The notes under the pieces were generated by a model, which saw only the letters and a list, made by a program, of their open reading frames with translations, did not search any database and was not told the origin of the DNA. A DNA stretch of 64,000 bases from Dipteris shenzhenensis. Taxonomy: Eukaryota. Positions 24,507 through 37,659 of this stretch are shown here, piece after piece. The DNA is taken from assembly GCA_047967505.1 (NCBI GenBank), contig CM106538.1; one strand, 5' to 3'. A program made the position numbers and the translations under genes. Every line of letters starts with the position of its first letter. Position 1 is the stretch's first letter.

Positions 24507-24732
24507 TGTTGAGAGATCACACTCAACATCATGTGATCATATGTGCATAGCACTTATCTCCAATAGAGTGCGATAAAGTAAAGGGTTAAATACCCTAACC
24601 CTAAATGGGTTTGTATATATTCTACATTTTCAACTAAATCTAGTGTACAGTTAGTCATTTGTGGTGTGCTCTCTAGCTATGCCCTCTCTCCTCATCTCCA
24701 CTCTTCTCCTCTCCCCTCTTCATATTTTGTCA
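24507..24732 (+). repeat. 3' LTR of outer Copia
   Basis: Direct repeat of 12015-12271, preceded by PPT and followed by TSD. Confidence 0.92.
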
Positions 24733-27479
24733 CACCTTGAACGTCACGTCATTCGAGTTGTGCAGCAAGACCTCTTTACTCTTGGATGAATATATGAAGG
24801 ATAAGGATCCACTTGTAAAGTCCCCTATCGATCCTTCATAAGTGTCTCATGCTAGTAAGGCAACTATCCCAGGGGACTCCAAGGAGGCATCCCTATGGAC
24901 AAGGGGGCAAACATAGATGAGATGGCCACTGATCTCTTGCATAGAGTGGCCCTAAAACTCAAGGGATGATTAGTAAGAGAAGGTCCCAACAATCCTCACA
25001 TGTTTCCTAGATTATTGTGCCCAATGTGCTAGATGGGGGAATCATTAGACCTCCTAGTGTCATTTTTCGAGGGTCAACACCCTACTCATGTACCAGCAAA
25101 GGCAACCCCTGACCTTAACCCCCCACCCAACCAGTTCAACCAAGGTCAACTTGCTATACAAGGAGCCCCTCCTACCAATCAAGGGCAATACAAGGCCCAA
25201 AATCTACCATTGCTACCATTGGTTCTGGGCCCTCAACCCCCACCACCTCGGATTAGCCCTATGAGCCAAGTAATTATTGAAGAACCTCCAAGTGAGTGGG
25301 AGGAACCGGATTATGTCCCCCACCAGCGGGTGACTTTGGTCCATACAAAGGGTCCTCATACCAAGTAGGCCGGATAAGTCACTACATCCTTCAAGATTAA
25401 TAGTATGTTCTAATGTAGTCCCACCCCTCAATCGGGTAGGGATAAGAATACCTTAATGCACACATCGGGCCAATGAGTGTCCTTGCAAGAATAAACCCAA
25501 CTAGCCAATTGCCTGTTTCAAGTGCCAAGGACCTCACTTACTTAGATACTTCCCTTATAAAGATGATCAACTCTTGCCCCCAGCAGCTACGTATGGCACA
25601 AATGCACCGTTAAGCACAAGCGATGGGGTGGATCGCCTCTTTAAGGATGCCCAATGAGGTGAGCCCCAAAGGCGACTCCAGACCTTCAAACTAGTATTAG
25701 TTTATTGAGCATTGAAAGGGGCCAGATTTTGTTGGTACCCTTGAATGTGATCACTAGGGCACAAGCAAAGGCTTGGGGACTCAAAAAATAGGCCCAAAGA
25801 GATAAGGCAACTTTGACCCCATCGAAGGGAAAGAGTTGTTCAGGAGCCACCAAGATCAGAAAGGGATTCGATATGGTTATCATCCAGAGTGGGTCAGATG
25901 AGGACATCGCCACCGTATCCACTTCCACCTTGTCTATAGGTACACGTTTGATGCTAGGATGAGGTGACCATTAGCCTAACGATGAGAACAATATAATCGG
26001 TGGACGGTCATGAGAGAAAGGCTTAGGCTCAATGGTGCGTAGTTAATACCCCGACCTTAAAATTGAGAAGCAATGCCTTGAAGAGGCACAACAGCTGGTC
26101 CATAAATTCTAGGAAAGATTTGATGAAAGGCTTAGGACTGGTAGGGGGAGGGATACCATACACCCAAGCCACCAAACTCAAAGCAGGGCCTGTAAGACCA
26201 CCCCTACACTAGATAAGGTAGAGGAAGAGGGCTCGAAGGGAACTTCGGCAAGGAAGTCTCTCTTAAGGCACAAGATGTTTGAGTTAGGACACTAGGTGGC
26301 ACAAGGCTGCAGAAGAGGAGGACCCTACATCCTTTAATGGATTTGAGGAACTGCAATCAAAAGGACAAGAACCCATCACCAACCTCGAGATGTAGTAGGG
26401 CTTGCCGCTTCCTTCTTGTCCACAAAAGTTAAAATGTCTATAGCAACTCTATTGAGGTGAATCTTTTCCGTTGGAGAGACCTATCCAATTGGATGGATGT
26501 ACTGATGGTCACACCCCAAGAGGTGGTCACCGAGGTAGTGGAAGTCCCCACAGAGGAACCAGGCCCGCTAAAGATTCTAGTTAATAAGCTAGGGCAATAC
26601 TTTAAGAACAACGACACCAACGCCATGCTCCCAAAGCACGAATTCCATGGCAATATTGGATGGAGGAGCTAGTTTCAGCATCATCACTAAACAATGCTGG
26701 GCTAAATGGGGAAGGCTTGACCTCAAAAACACCAACTTGATTGTCAAATTAGCCGAGGGAGCAACAGCCATAGGGGTGTTGAGGGATATTAAGATCAAAA
26801 CCTTTGGACTCACCCACCATGTTTGATTTGTGGTAATGGATTTCCATGGGCAGCCAGATGGTTACAATGTTGTCCTAGGAAGGCCCTTCATGCACGTGGA
26901 TGGAATGGTAGTCCTCAAATAGGATCTATTTGCACAAGGATGATCCAATCGTTTGGGTTGACATTCAAACATGGAAGGCCCATTCCTTGACCAACAACTC
27001 ATTTTCCCCACTGAGTCAGATACTACCCAAATAACCAACTCCAAGAAGGACCTGGGTGAGGATCGAGATGAGCACTGGTATGCTCTATTGCATGAGCCCT
27101 ACTTCTCACAAAATTCGATGCATTTCCTCACGTACAATAGATATGGTTGAGAGGAATAGGGACAAAAATGGTGGCCCACGATCCCCAAGTGCCTAGAAAT
27201 ATAGTCCCCCTAAATATTATTAACATCCTTAGGGAACCAGAAGAGGTCCAAGGGGTGCAAAAAGTGAAGACGACGAGCCTCCATTGGTTAAGGTACATGG
27301 ATGCTATCATCGCACACCATGAGTTCTTAAATAATTAGTAAGCTAGGCTAGATAGAGTCAGGGCTCCCTTAGGATCCTTAAAAGTAGAGGAAACACCTCT
27401 ACAGATAGTTGAGCCACCATCAGAAGTTGCTCCAAGACAATTTGCTCAGCAAAGGCCTTCATCAACCCTCAGTGAGCCA

Positions 27480-30400
27480 CAACCTTATATCTTATGAAAT
27501 GTGCACTGAAGTCTTGAAATTTGAGGCAACCCCCTAGAATCCACACTTGTCATTATAAGCACTGTGAATGGAAGGATATCACCCGCAATAGGTTGGGTAG
27601 AACTACCATATCAAAAAATAACCATTTTGTGTGGCGAGTAGATGTTATGTTATGCATGCAGGTGCGATGGTGGATGAACAAGTCATTCTCGACAAAACTC
27701 GGTACTGGGTGGTCAATTGCCAAATTGACTGGCGCAACACATAGCGACACTAACCCATGAGGATCACACATCTGTTATCTCAATCAGCTCTAGAATAGAA
27801 AGGACATCTATAAAAAGCTAATGGGACGAAAGGTGTTTGACGAGCACTTGATACAACATAGGTCAGTGGTGCCTAAACCCACTTGGTGGTTGTTTGTGAT
27901 TGAGCTTTAGGATAGTTTACTTCTTTCATTCTTAAACTAGGCTTGGACTTAATGTGATTGTTGTCCCAAACCATCCTGGTGGTTGTTCCACCATCTTGGT
28001 AGTTGGAACATCATGCAACCGTGGCTAGTTTGGCTCAAACACTAGTTATGTGATTGTCTTGAACCAACATGGTTGAACAAAAATTAACAACAATATATTT
28101 TGCAATAGAATGGCATTATATTGTTATTGTCCTAAACCAACCTAGTGGTTGGGACATCATGCAACCGTGGCTGGTTCAGCTCAAACACCAGTTATGTGAT
28201 GATTGTCTTGAACCAACATGGTTGAGTAGAAATTAGCAGCAATATATTTCGCAATAGAACACCAATATATTTTTATTTTACTAAACCAGCCCGATGGTTG
28301 GAACATCATGCAACTGTGGCTAGTTCAGCTCAATCACCAGTTATGCGATTGGCTAAAACTAGTGTTGTTGAACAAATATTAGTAGTTGACCAGCCCAACA
28401 GTTGAAATTACTATATTTCTTAGTACTTAAATTAGTTAAATTTAATTTCCTACTATTCGGGTCATATACCACTTAATTTCTAGACGAGGACGGCTTGGAC
28501 TTAATGTGATTGTCCTAAACCATCTCGATGCTAGTTCAAGACAAACAACAGTTTTCTGATTGAAATTGTGAAATTCAGAAATGAAAAGAAATATATTGTT
28601 ATTTTCTAATCGTGAAATTCAGAAATGAAAAGCAATATAGTTGTTATTGTCTAATATGTGAAGTTGATACTGTCAGGCTAAACCAGGCCTTTGGTTGAAA
28701 TTCTGACCATGTCTTAAACCAGCTCGGTGGTTGAAATTGTGACCATGTCCTAAACCAACTCGGTGATTGAAATTGTGATTGTCCTAAAACATCTCGGTAG
28801 TTGAAATTGTGACTATCCTAAACTAGGCCGGTGGTTGAAACTGTGACCATGACCTAAACTAGCCTGGTGATTGAAATTGTGATTGTCTTAAACTAGCCCG
28901 ATAGTTGAAATTGTGACTATCCTAATGATTAGTTCAATTATTAAATTCATTATATGTGACTGTGTTAAACTAGCCCGAGGGTTGAAATTGTTTTGTTTTC
29001 TCATAGGTTGATTAGTTTAATTAGACCACATTTTTGTGCGTACTGTGTTTTGTATTGATTTCCTCATAGTAGTGAAAAAAGGGGGCTCATTGTACTGTTG
29101 TTCCATTCAAAAGACAGCTCATTGTACTATTGTTCCCACATGTTGGGTCAGCAGACGGAGTTGTATCTCAAGTTTATGGATCATAATCTTGACACTTCAA
29201 TTGGGTAGAGGAGATTTGAACATTGTAAGCCCTGGTACATCATGGAACTCAAAGACAAGAATGTTTGCTGTTGCAAAACACACATAGACACTGGAAAGCT
29301 ATGAACGACTTGAGATCTGATCATGTTGGAGCATTGCTCCATGGGGATCAATGCCCATGTCTCCCTGATGAATGCGCAGTTTGTATCCTCATCATGTGTT
29401 GCAAGGGAGACTAGGTTTTGTAGCTTAAGGTCTCTATGGGAGCCAATGGTTTGTCCAAAGGGAAACCATGAGTGGCACTGCATCTAATGCAATCGTGGCA
29501 TATGCAAGCATTGTAGTATGAAGATGAAGAAGAAGACATTTCATGTCTATCCAATTTAAATGAGGGAAGACAACCATGTTGCTCTAAATGGAGGAGATTT
29601 GAAAATGTCAATGTTGAAGGAGCCGATAAAAAGAGATGGCTAACATCATATGAGAGCACTCAGTTGAGGGAGCTTATAGGTCACATGGTTCAATCCATCC
29701 TAAAATATGTGCTTCACAATTTCACGGCCAACCAGCAGAATAAGCAGTGCCTTGCCAATTTTCCCCATGGCACTATTGTCTCTATCATAGATTTCGCTAA
29801 AAATTATTCATTTCAAGAATAAGATGAGATACAGTGCTCACTGGTACAACAAGCAGATAACAATTCTTGTGCATATCATGTACAATAATTTGCTTGATCC
29901 TTCTATGACTAATGCCAATATGCTTGCTAACTCATAGGAGTCCAGGTCAATGTAATGCACATACCATTTCTACATTTCAGATGATAGGGAACATGACACC
30001 TTATTTGTGCAGCATGTTTTTCTATTGCATCAAGAATGGCTGAAAAAGTAAAACCCCCATGCAGAAAATATACAACATTGGGTGTGGTCAGATGGTGCTT
30101 CCTCTCAATTTAAATCAGCTCACCTCTCAATTTAAATCAACTCATGGATTCTACTTTGTCTCAAGCTTCAAATCTCTGATCGATCTAGACATGATGTGGA
30201 ATTTATTTGGGTCTAGCCATGGCAAGGGTGAACATGATGGATGTGGTGCCATTATTAAGCAAGCTCTATTTAAATACCAATTAACATGCCCCAAGAAAAG
30301 CTCAATGATGCCCATGATGCTGTAACATGGCTTACAGCCAACCTCTGCACAGGCGCACATTCAACATATAGTAAACAAAGACTTAAGAATAGTGTAGTAC

Positions 30401-30700
30401 GCAGAGTGTTCCATGAAGTGAAAGTGGATGAAGTACAAAGGAGAAGCCGACATGATTGCGAGAAAATTAAAGGAGTTCGTGGTTTGCACATCATATGGGG
30501 CTTTTCAAACAACCACCTGATCAAAACAATAAAAACTTTCAAGTTTCTGCAGCGTGTGCATCATAGCGGATCATGACAATTGTGAGAACATTGCAACTGT
30601 GAAGACATGGGAGCGAGTTCAAGTTCTCCCGCTACATTCAGATGGAGTGACAAACAATGGAGAGACAAATAATGACTCGCCAAATGAGGAAGATGACCCA
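27480..30700 (+). pseudogene. Sola2-like DDE transposase pseudogene with a repeat-filled putative intron
   Basis: NRKDIYKKLMGRKVFDEH (~27795-27860), then after ~29150 FEHCKPWYIMELKDKNVCCCKTH, SIIDFAKNYSFQE*DEIQ (D at 29790), FYISDDREHDTLFVQH, WVWSDGASSQFKS (D at 30091) and WNLFGSSHGKGEHDGCGAIIK (30218-30238). Confidence 0.8.
27940..28990 (+). repeat. Tandem repeat arrays: ~3 x ~148 bp, then ~9 x ~33-36 bp (TAAACCAGCYCGGTGGTTGAAATTGTGAC)
   Basis: Long units start near 28001, 28148 and 28297; short units run 28675-28990. Confidence 0.85.
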
Positions 30701-31434
30701 TACTATTTCTAACTATTGGGTATTGGAATGGTCCTAATTTCTAACCATTTGGGTAAGAGGAACGGAGTCGACTCCCATGGGGGAAATCCACTAATTAACT
30801 CCGTGTAGTGTATTACTAAGCACTTGGTAGTGAGACGATAAACTAGGAGAAGAATTTGAAGTAGACGATGGGAAACACTAATGCATTTTGCAAGCTGATG
30901 GTGAGAAGAATTCTCGACAAGGAAAGCATGGTGATATCTAAACCTTCTTGCTTATTCTTTTTCCTTTGCTCGGGAAAAGCTTGCAAAAGACCTTTATGAA
31001 CCTTTATCTAAACTCTTTCAATCTTCGGGCAAAGCCTTTACAAAAACATTATGAGCTTTTATGCTATTCCTATTTGGGCATGCTTTAGCTTTTACAATTT
31101 GTGTTATAGGAGCTTGAACAATTGGCAGCCTGTGTTGTCAAAGTTGGGAATGTATGGCTCCACATTCTACACATAAGCGTCAAAAGGGGGCAATCAAGAT
31201 AAGTAGAGGAGAAGTCTCGCAAGGCTAGATGAGGCAATTTGGTTGATACAATATTGCAAACTTATGGGCAAAGCCACAACAAAAGCTAGCACAAATTAAA
31301 GTTTTTGGGATGGTTATGAAGGTGTAGGAACGATTTTCAAGACATCATGCGGTGCCATGAAGAAAATATGGATTGAAGAAAGTCAACCAATTACAAATGT
31401 TCGAGAAAAAGATGAAATTATGGACAAACCTTCA

Positions 31435-31482
31435 ATATATATAATAATATATATATATATATATATTTGTAGGCCAGAGAGA

Positions 31483-31536
<54 letters not shown>
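31435..31536. repeat. (TA)n and (GA)n microsatellites
   Basis: Direct observation. Confidence 0.95.
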
Positions 31537-32199
31537 CAAACATTGTATTCAAAAAAATTGGACTTGTATAAAGTCCAATTCCAAAACTAGACTAAATACA
31601 AGTCCAATTTTTTTAAATATCATAGTCCCATGGTTTTTTTTCCATATACTTCAAATCAAATATTGCAATATTGGTTGAAACTTTACACACCCACTTACAT
31701 AGAGTAACCATTGGCAGTTTTTCTAGCAAACTTTGAAAACCCAAATTTAGTCAAATTACCAAATACTAGATAAGCTTACAAAAGTACCTTCTATGATTAA
31801 CCAAATAATTACAATTTGGTCGACACCACATAGTTTTGAACCAAAGTCGTAAGTATATCAAGATGACTTGTTCTCTTGGAGAGATGGTGTACATATACAC
31901 CTTCTTGGTGTAAAAATACATTGTTTAAGTGTAGGCCATTCTCAATTATAATTGGATGCCTGCTTGTTTCGACCAACTTTATGATGAAGGGTGGGGCTTG
32001 TCCCCCTATATTGTCACTCGGGAATCCAAGTGGAAGCAAAAAATGCATGTAGCGGAGAGAACTTTTTGATATATATATATATATGATTTGATTTGATATC
32101 TATTCAACTCAAAAATGCAAATTTTTTCGAAATTTCCAATTTTCAAAAATTTCCCAAAATTTTGATTTTTTAATAAAAAATTCTCCAAAACATTTTCCT

Positions 32200-34140
32200 A
32201 AAAGATTTTTTTTTTAATGATTTTTAAAAATCAACATAAGTTTAATATATATTCAATTGACCTATATATCTTATATAAATTTAAATCAAAACATACAAGC
32301 TAATCTAATATTAATCTAGCTAGTTAATTAATCTAAATCAAACTAATCAAGCTTATATTACTTAGTATATATTCAATTGACCTATATATCTTATATAAAT
32401 TTAATTCAATAGTATACCATATATTAATAATTTTGAATAGATTAAGCGATTAATTAATCTTACTTTAAATATATTAATTTAGGAAGATTATATTAAAAAT
32501 ATTAATTTCAAACTAAATATATTAATTTAGAAAGATTATATTAAAAATATTAATTTCAAAATAGTAATTAATTAATTTAAATAGAGTATCTTATATTAAA
32601 TAAATTAATTTAATTAATTAAAATGGATCAGTTTAAAAATAGTAATTAATGAATTTAAATAGAGTAACTTAAAATATATTAATTTAATTAATTCAAATAG
32701 ATTCACTTAAATTAATTATAGATTTACTTAAATTACTTAGAGATTAATTTAAATAGATTTAATTAATTTGAATAGACTAATTTAAATAAATTGATTTAAG
32801 TAGATCAACATAAATAGAGTCATTTCATTGATTTACTATTTTCCATTAATTTAAATAGATTAATTTAAAAATAGTCAGTAATTAATTTAAATAGATTAAC
32901 TTAAATTTATTATATATAAACTTAAATTAGTTCAATTTAATTCAATTAGTTTAACTTAATCTATTCCATTTAAACCGATTTTAATCTATTTAAATTAAAT
33001 TTATTTATAAAAATTCAATCTATTTAAATTAAGTTAATTTCAATAGATTAAATTAGATTAATTTTAATAGATTAAATTAATTAAAATAGGCTAAATTAAC
33101 TCAACTTAATTTAATATGTAAGTAATCTTTTTTTAATCTAATTAGATTTTAAATTTTAATCTAATAATTTACTAATCTCCTTGAATTAATTTAATTTAGA
33201 TTAACTTAAATTAAATAGATTAGCTTAATTAATTTTAATAGATTAACTAAAACTTTATTATAAATTAATTGAATTTAACTCAATTAGATTAAATTTATAT
33301 AATTTAATTAGATTAGTTTAAAAAATAGTAAGTAATTAATTTAAATAGATTAACTTAAATTTAATATAAATAAACTTAATTTAATTTAATTTAATTCAAT
33401 TAGTTTAACTTAATTTAAATAAATAAATTTAATTTAATAGATTAAATTTAATAGATTAAATTTATAAAAATAGGTTAAATTAACTCATCTTAATTTAATA
33501 TGTAAGTAATCTTAATCTAATTTAATCTAATGAGTTATTAATCTCCTTGAATTAATTTAATTTAGATTAACTTAAATTAAATAGATTAATTTAATTAATT
33601 GAAATAGATTAACTAAATTTTATTATAAATTAACTTAATTTAATTAGATAAAAATAGTTTAATTTAAATATATTAAGTTAATTTCATTAGATTAAATTAA
33701 TTAAAATAGGTTAAATTTTCTCATCTTAATTTAATATGTAAGTAATCTTTTTTTAATCTAATAATTTATTAATTTTTTTTTATTAATTAATTAAATTGAT
33801 TATAGAATTAATTGGTTAATTAACTTAAATACATTAACTTGAATTAATTAATTTAACTTAAATTAATTAATCTAATTAAACTAAATCAATGTAATTTATC
33901 TAATTAAAGTAAATTAAACTAAATCGAACTAAATTAATATAACTAAACTAAAGTAAATCTAACTAAACTAAACAAACTCTAACTAAATTAACTAGATTAA
34001 TTAATCTAATTAAACTAACTAAATGAATCTAATTAACGTAACTAAACTCAATTAAACTAAATCTAATATAGTGAATCTAATTAATCTAATTTAAACTAAA
34101 CTAACGCAAGGTTAACCTAAGCAAACTACTAACCTAATGT
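32200..34140. repeat. ~2-kb extremely AT-rich degenerate minisatellite (AATAGATTAA/TTAATCTA motifs) with internal duplications
   Basis: Nearly no G/C; duplicated blocks 32466-32512/32514-32560 and ~32850-33300/33310-33650. Confidence 0.9.
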
Positions 34141-35551
34141 AACCAGTAAGCTAACCTAACCTCGCTTGTGACCTAACCCCTAACCTAACCGCATCTCTCC
34201 CCCCCTCCCTTGAAAATACGTTTTGTGTAAAATCCAAACTTGGTGACAATACGTTGCTGCCAGCGTCAGAAGCGATTCCCTTGACAAACTCTCTCCTTGT
34301 CATTATTTTTGCTTCAAGATTCGTTGCAGCGTCCATAAGAGCCTTCTCAGCCATGGTTCCCCTTGCCTCCCTCGCTGTGGGATCCTCGCCATCGCAGCAT
34401 ATCATTGGGCTCCTACGCGGGAAGGACTTGCACATCGCGGGACCGAGATTGATTGAGAAAATTGAATTGCGTGGCAAGAGAGGAGGTATCCGCACGCTTG
34501 GCGTGATGCGAGGGGCTGCAAAGGAGGCAGAGCGCTTTTGCGGGGTGGGTTGAGCCGCCTGCCTGCCGTGTGAAAGCAGAGCAAGGGGTTGCAGGAGGGA
34601 GACAAAAGAGAGCAGGATATAGTGATAGTGGACTAGGGAGGCAAGCACGAGGAGGGCGAGAAACCCAACGACAGATATTTGAGGAAGGCCGAAGGCCAAC
34701 TCAACAGTGAAATTGGCTCAAGTTTCCTAGCTGTGGCACACTCAACTATGAAATTTGAATGAGCAGAGACTCGAGAGAGAATGAGAGCCAAGGAGAGATC
34801 TCCATCCGGCTTGATTTCTTCTCCAATCATGAGTGATAATCAGCTCGCTTCAGCTCGCAATGACATTTTATCATCGCGTGACTCCTTCCATGATGATTCT
34901 TGCATCTCTCGTGCACCAAGCTCCCCTATGAATCTGTAGAGGATGTCTTCAACAATGCCCCCAAAAATCCCACTACCGGAAGCCACAAGATCAGAATGGC
35001 TAGATGGAGAAGATGGAGCTTCGATGGATGAGGAGGATTTGATCGATTGATGAAGAAGAAAGAAAAGCTGATGAAAAGAAGAACGATGTTGCACTCCAGA
35101 CATTTTGGTTCTTCTTGCCTTCGCCACCTGGATTACTACTAGAGATTGGATCCGCCAAGAACGAGAAATTTCTTTTTTACTTCCGTCAATCCAGGCAAAA
35201 GATTCACTAGCATGCAAACGACTCAACCGGGGGACAAATTTTTAGGCTCGTTGTGCGATCATCTTCAGATCGAGTGAAAAGATTTACGTCTCTACACGAT
35301 TTTGCAAGCCCTCACATCTATGATCCAAGAAAGTGCTCAGGTCTGAGATCCTTTCAATGCTCAGGAGCCCATTTTAAGAGAAAAAAATTTTAAATTTAAA
35401 AATTTTGTGTAAAGAGAGGGAAAGATGGGCGGGAAGAGTTTTTTTGAAAGGTCTAGGAATATATTTCACAAGTACAAGCTAGTGAGAAGGCTTTCAACTT
35501 CTTGTAAGATTCTAGAAAAAAGTCCAAAATCAAAATGAAGGTAATGTGAAA

Positions 35552-35931
35552 CATATGGTGTACGCCACATCTCCTCTTTTTTTTGAACATGTAGCTCATC
35601 TAGAGAAAGAATACAAAATTGAGCAAAATGATGAATTTACATATGGCATATGTCACATCTCCTCTTTCTTTTGAACATGTAGCTCATTTAGAGAAAATAT
35701 ACAAAACTGAGCAAAATGATTAATTCACATATGGCGTACGCAATATGTTGTTTTAGAGAAGGCTTCCTTTGAAAGTACCTTCATCTACATATTTCTAAAT
35801 TTGAGAAAAAAATAAATTAATAGCAAAAAATGTTGTTTTAGAGAAGGCTTTCTTTGAAGGTGTGCCTTCCTTTTAGCCACACCTTCATCTAAAAATTTCT
35901 AAATTTGAGAAAAAAAATTAATAGCAAAAAA
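35552..35931 (+). repeat. Two adjacent tandem duplications (~88 bp and ~85-100 bp) carrying a TGGCGTACGCCA-like palindrome
   Basis: CATATGGYRTAYG.CACAT-like motif at ~35552, 35640 and 35728; TGTTGTTTTAGAGAAGGCTT at 35746 and 35831. Confidence 0.8.
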
Positions 35932-36733
35932 TGAGGGTTTTAAAGAAAACGTTTCTACTTTGTTTTTTTACTTTCCAAAAAACATAAATTCACTTTTGAA
36001 GGATATTTTCAATTTTATATCTCAAAATGGGGGTTTTCTAGATATTTTATTTTTTCTCTAAATTACTAGCAAAAATGAGCTTTTTTCAAAAAACGTTTAC
36101 GAATTTTGAACTTTTTTGCATTTTTTTTCAAAAAAATATAATTTCACATTTGGATTTTTTTTTCAATTTGATAGCTCAAAATGGCGGTTTACTAAAAGAA
36201 TTCTTCACAATTCGATTTTTTTTCAATTTAATTTAAAAAAGATAGGGTTTTTTTTAAATACTTATACACTTTAATTTTTTTTTCTAATTTTATACCATTA
36301 AATTAGGGTTTAGGGTTTAGCGTTTAGGGTATAGGGTTTCAAAAAGAAAACAAGGAAACATGTGTGTCAAACCATGCAAATGATGTTCCAAGGGTATGAT
36401 TCTTTGCAAGGAGGCCTATGCAAAGTATCATGCACATCCAAAACACAAGAAGCATGTTTTATGCTTTTAATACTCATGCAAGATCCATGGTTCAAGTGAG
36501 CAAGGAAATATGCATGTCAACTTGTGTAAATGATATTCCAGGTGTCTGATCCTTTGCACAAGTGTCTGATACGTTGCACATGCCTTAATCTCACTAAAGT
36601 TAGGCTTGTGCAAAGCATCATGTCCATCAAAGATACATACATAGGTTAGAAATACACCCTTGCATGATTCATGGAAAGAAAGATGAATACTAGGACTTGT
36701 CTACTACGATGAGTTAGAGATGCGCTCCACTGG

Positions 36734-36786
<53 letters not shown>

Positions 36787-36853
36787 CCCCTCTCTCTCTC
36801 TCTCTCAACCCCCCCCTCTCTCTCTCTCTGTCTCTCTCTCTCACCCCCCCTCC

Positions 36854-36907
<54 letters not shown>

Positions 36908-36944
36908 CTCTCTCTCTCATAGTATGTCAAACCACGTTTACTAA

Positions 36945-37012
<68 letters not shown>

Positions 37013-37216
37013 CTCTCTCTCTCATAGTGTGTCAAGCCACATTTACTAACTCCCCTCTCTCTCTCTCTCTCTCTCTCTCGCTCTCTCACACACACACACA
37101 CACACACACATGCTCATGCATGCGTGCACACACATATACACATGCACACAGACACACACACACACATATGCACACGAGTGCACACACACATATATATAAT
37201 TTTTAAATATGTATAT

Positions 37217-37248
<32 letters not shown>

Positions 37249-37286
37249 ATATGTAATAATACATAATAGGTTATATAATCCCCTCT

Positions 37287-37325
<39 letters not shown>

Positions 37326-37345
37326 TGTGTGTGTGTGTGTGTGTC
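36734..37345. repeat. Complex microsatellite cluster (CT)n/(CA)n/(TA)n/(GT)n
   Basis: Direct observation. Confidence 0.95.
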
Positions 37346-37659
37346 CCCGCGTGTGAGATTATAGGTCAACATGTACAGTTGCAGAGTGTCAGAGTTCCAA
37401 ATGCCATATGTTTTAAACGTTAATATATGCTAATATATTAAAATCTTAATATATTTGAAAATAAACATCTATATTTGATACTAAATAAATATATTTAAAT
37501 CTTAATTTATATGAAAGTTTTTTTTTAATTACAATATATATTTTGGATCTTAATATATCATAATATATTAAAACATTAAATTATTTTAATTAATTGTAAT
37601 AAATATTATATTTAAATACTTGTTAAATTAATATATATTAAATAAATATATTATTTTAG

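Larger units (their letters stand above)
12015..24732 (+). mobile_element. Older full-length Ty1/Copia element (outer), heavily mutated
   Basis: LTRs 12015-12271 and 24507-24732 (TGTTG...TGTCA), TSD CACCC (12010-12014)/CACCT (24733-24737), PPT GAGGGAAGG 24498-24506. gag starts at 20182 (KLDNSNYGKWK), then CNYCHKFGHYERDC, WYIDNGASSHM, integrase LTFIDD, RT FVDD (~23464) and RNase H ADIFTK (~24318). Confidence 0.92.
11670..27480 (+). mobile_element. Decayed Ty3/Gypsy gag-protease region that hosts the nested Copia elements (present at ~11670-12014 and 24733-~27480)
   Basis: AILDGGASFSII...LIVKLAEG...IGVLRDIKI...FVVMDF...YNVVLGRPFM at ~26650-26895 and VPLNVITRAQAK at ~25735; the TSD of the outer Copia joins the two flanks. 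Boundaries are approximate. Confidence 0.6.

Noticed and set aside
30700-31400. Possible solo LTR after the Sola2-like gene
   Set aside because: No TG...CA ends, TSD or second copy identifiable in the window
34151-35226. Host protein-coding gene (182-aa and 128-aa ORFs)
   Set aside because: No recognisable family, weak starts and no convincing splice structure; kept only as an unexplained island
36720-37264. ORFs with RE/SL/CV repeats
   Set aside because: Translations of microsatellites
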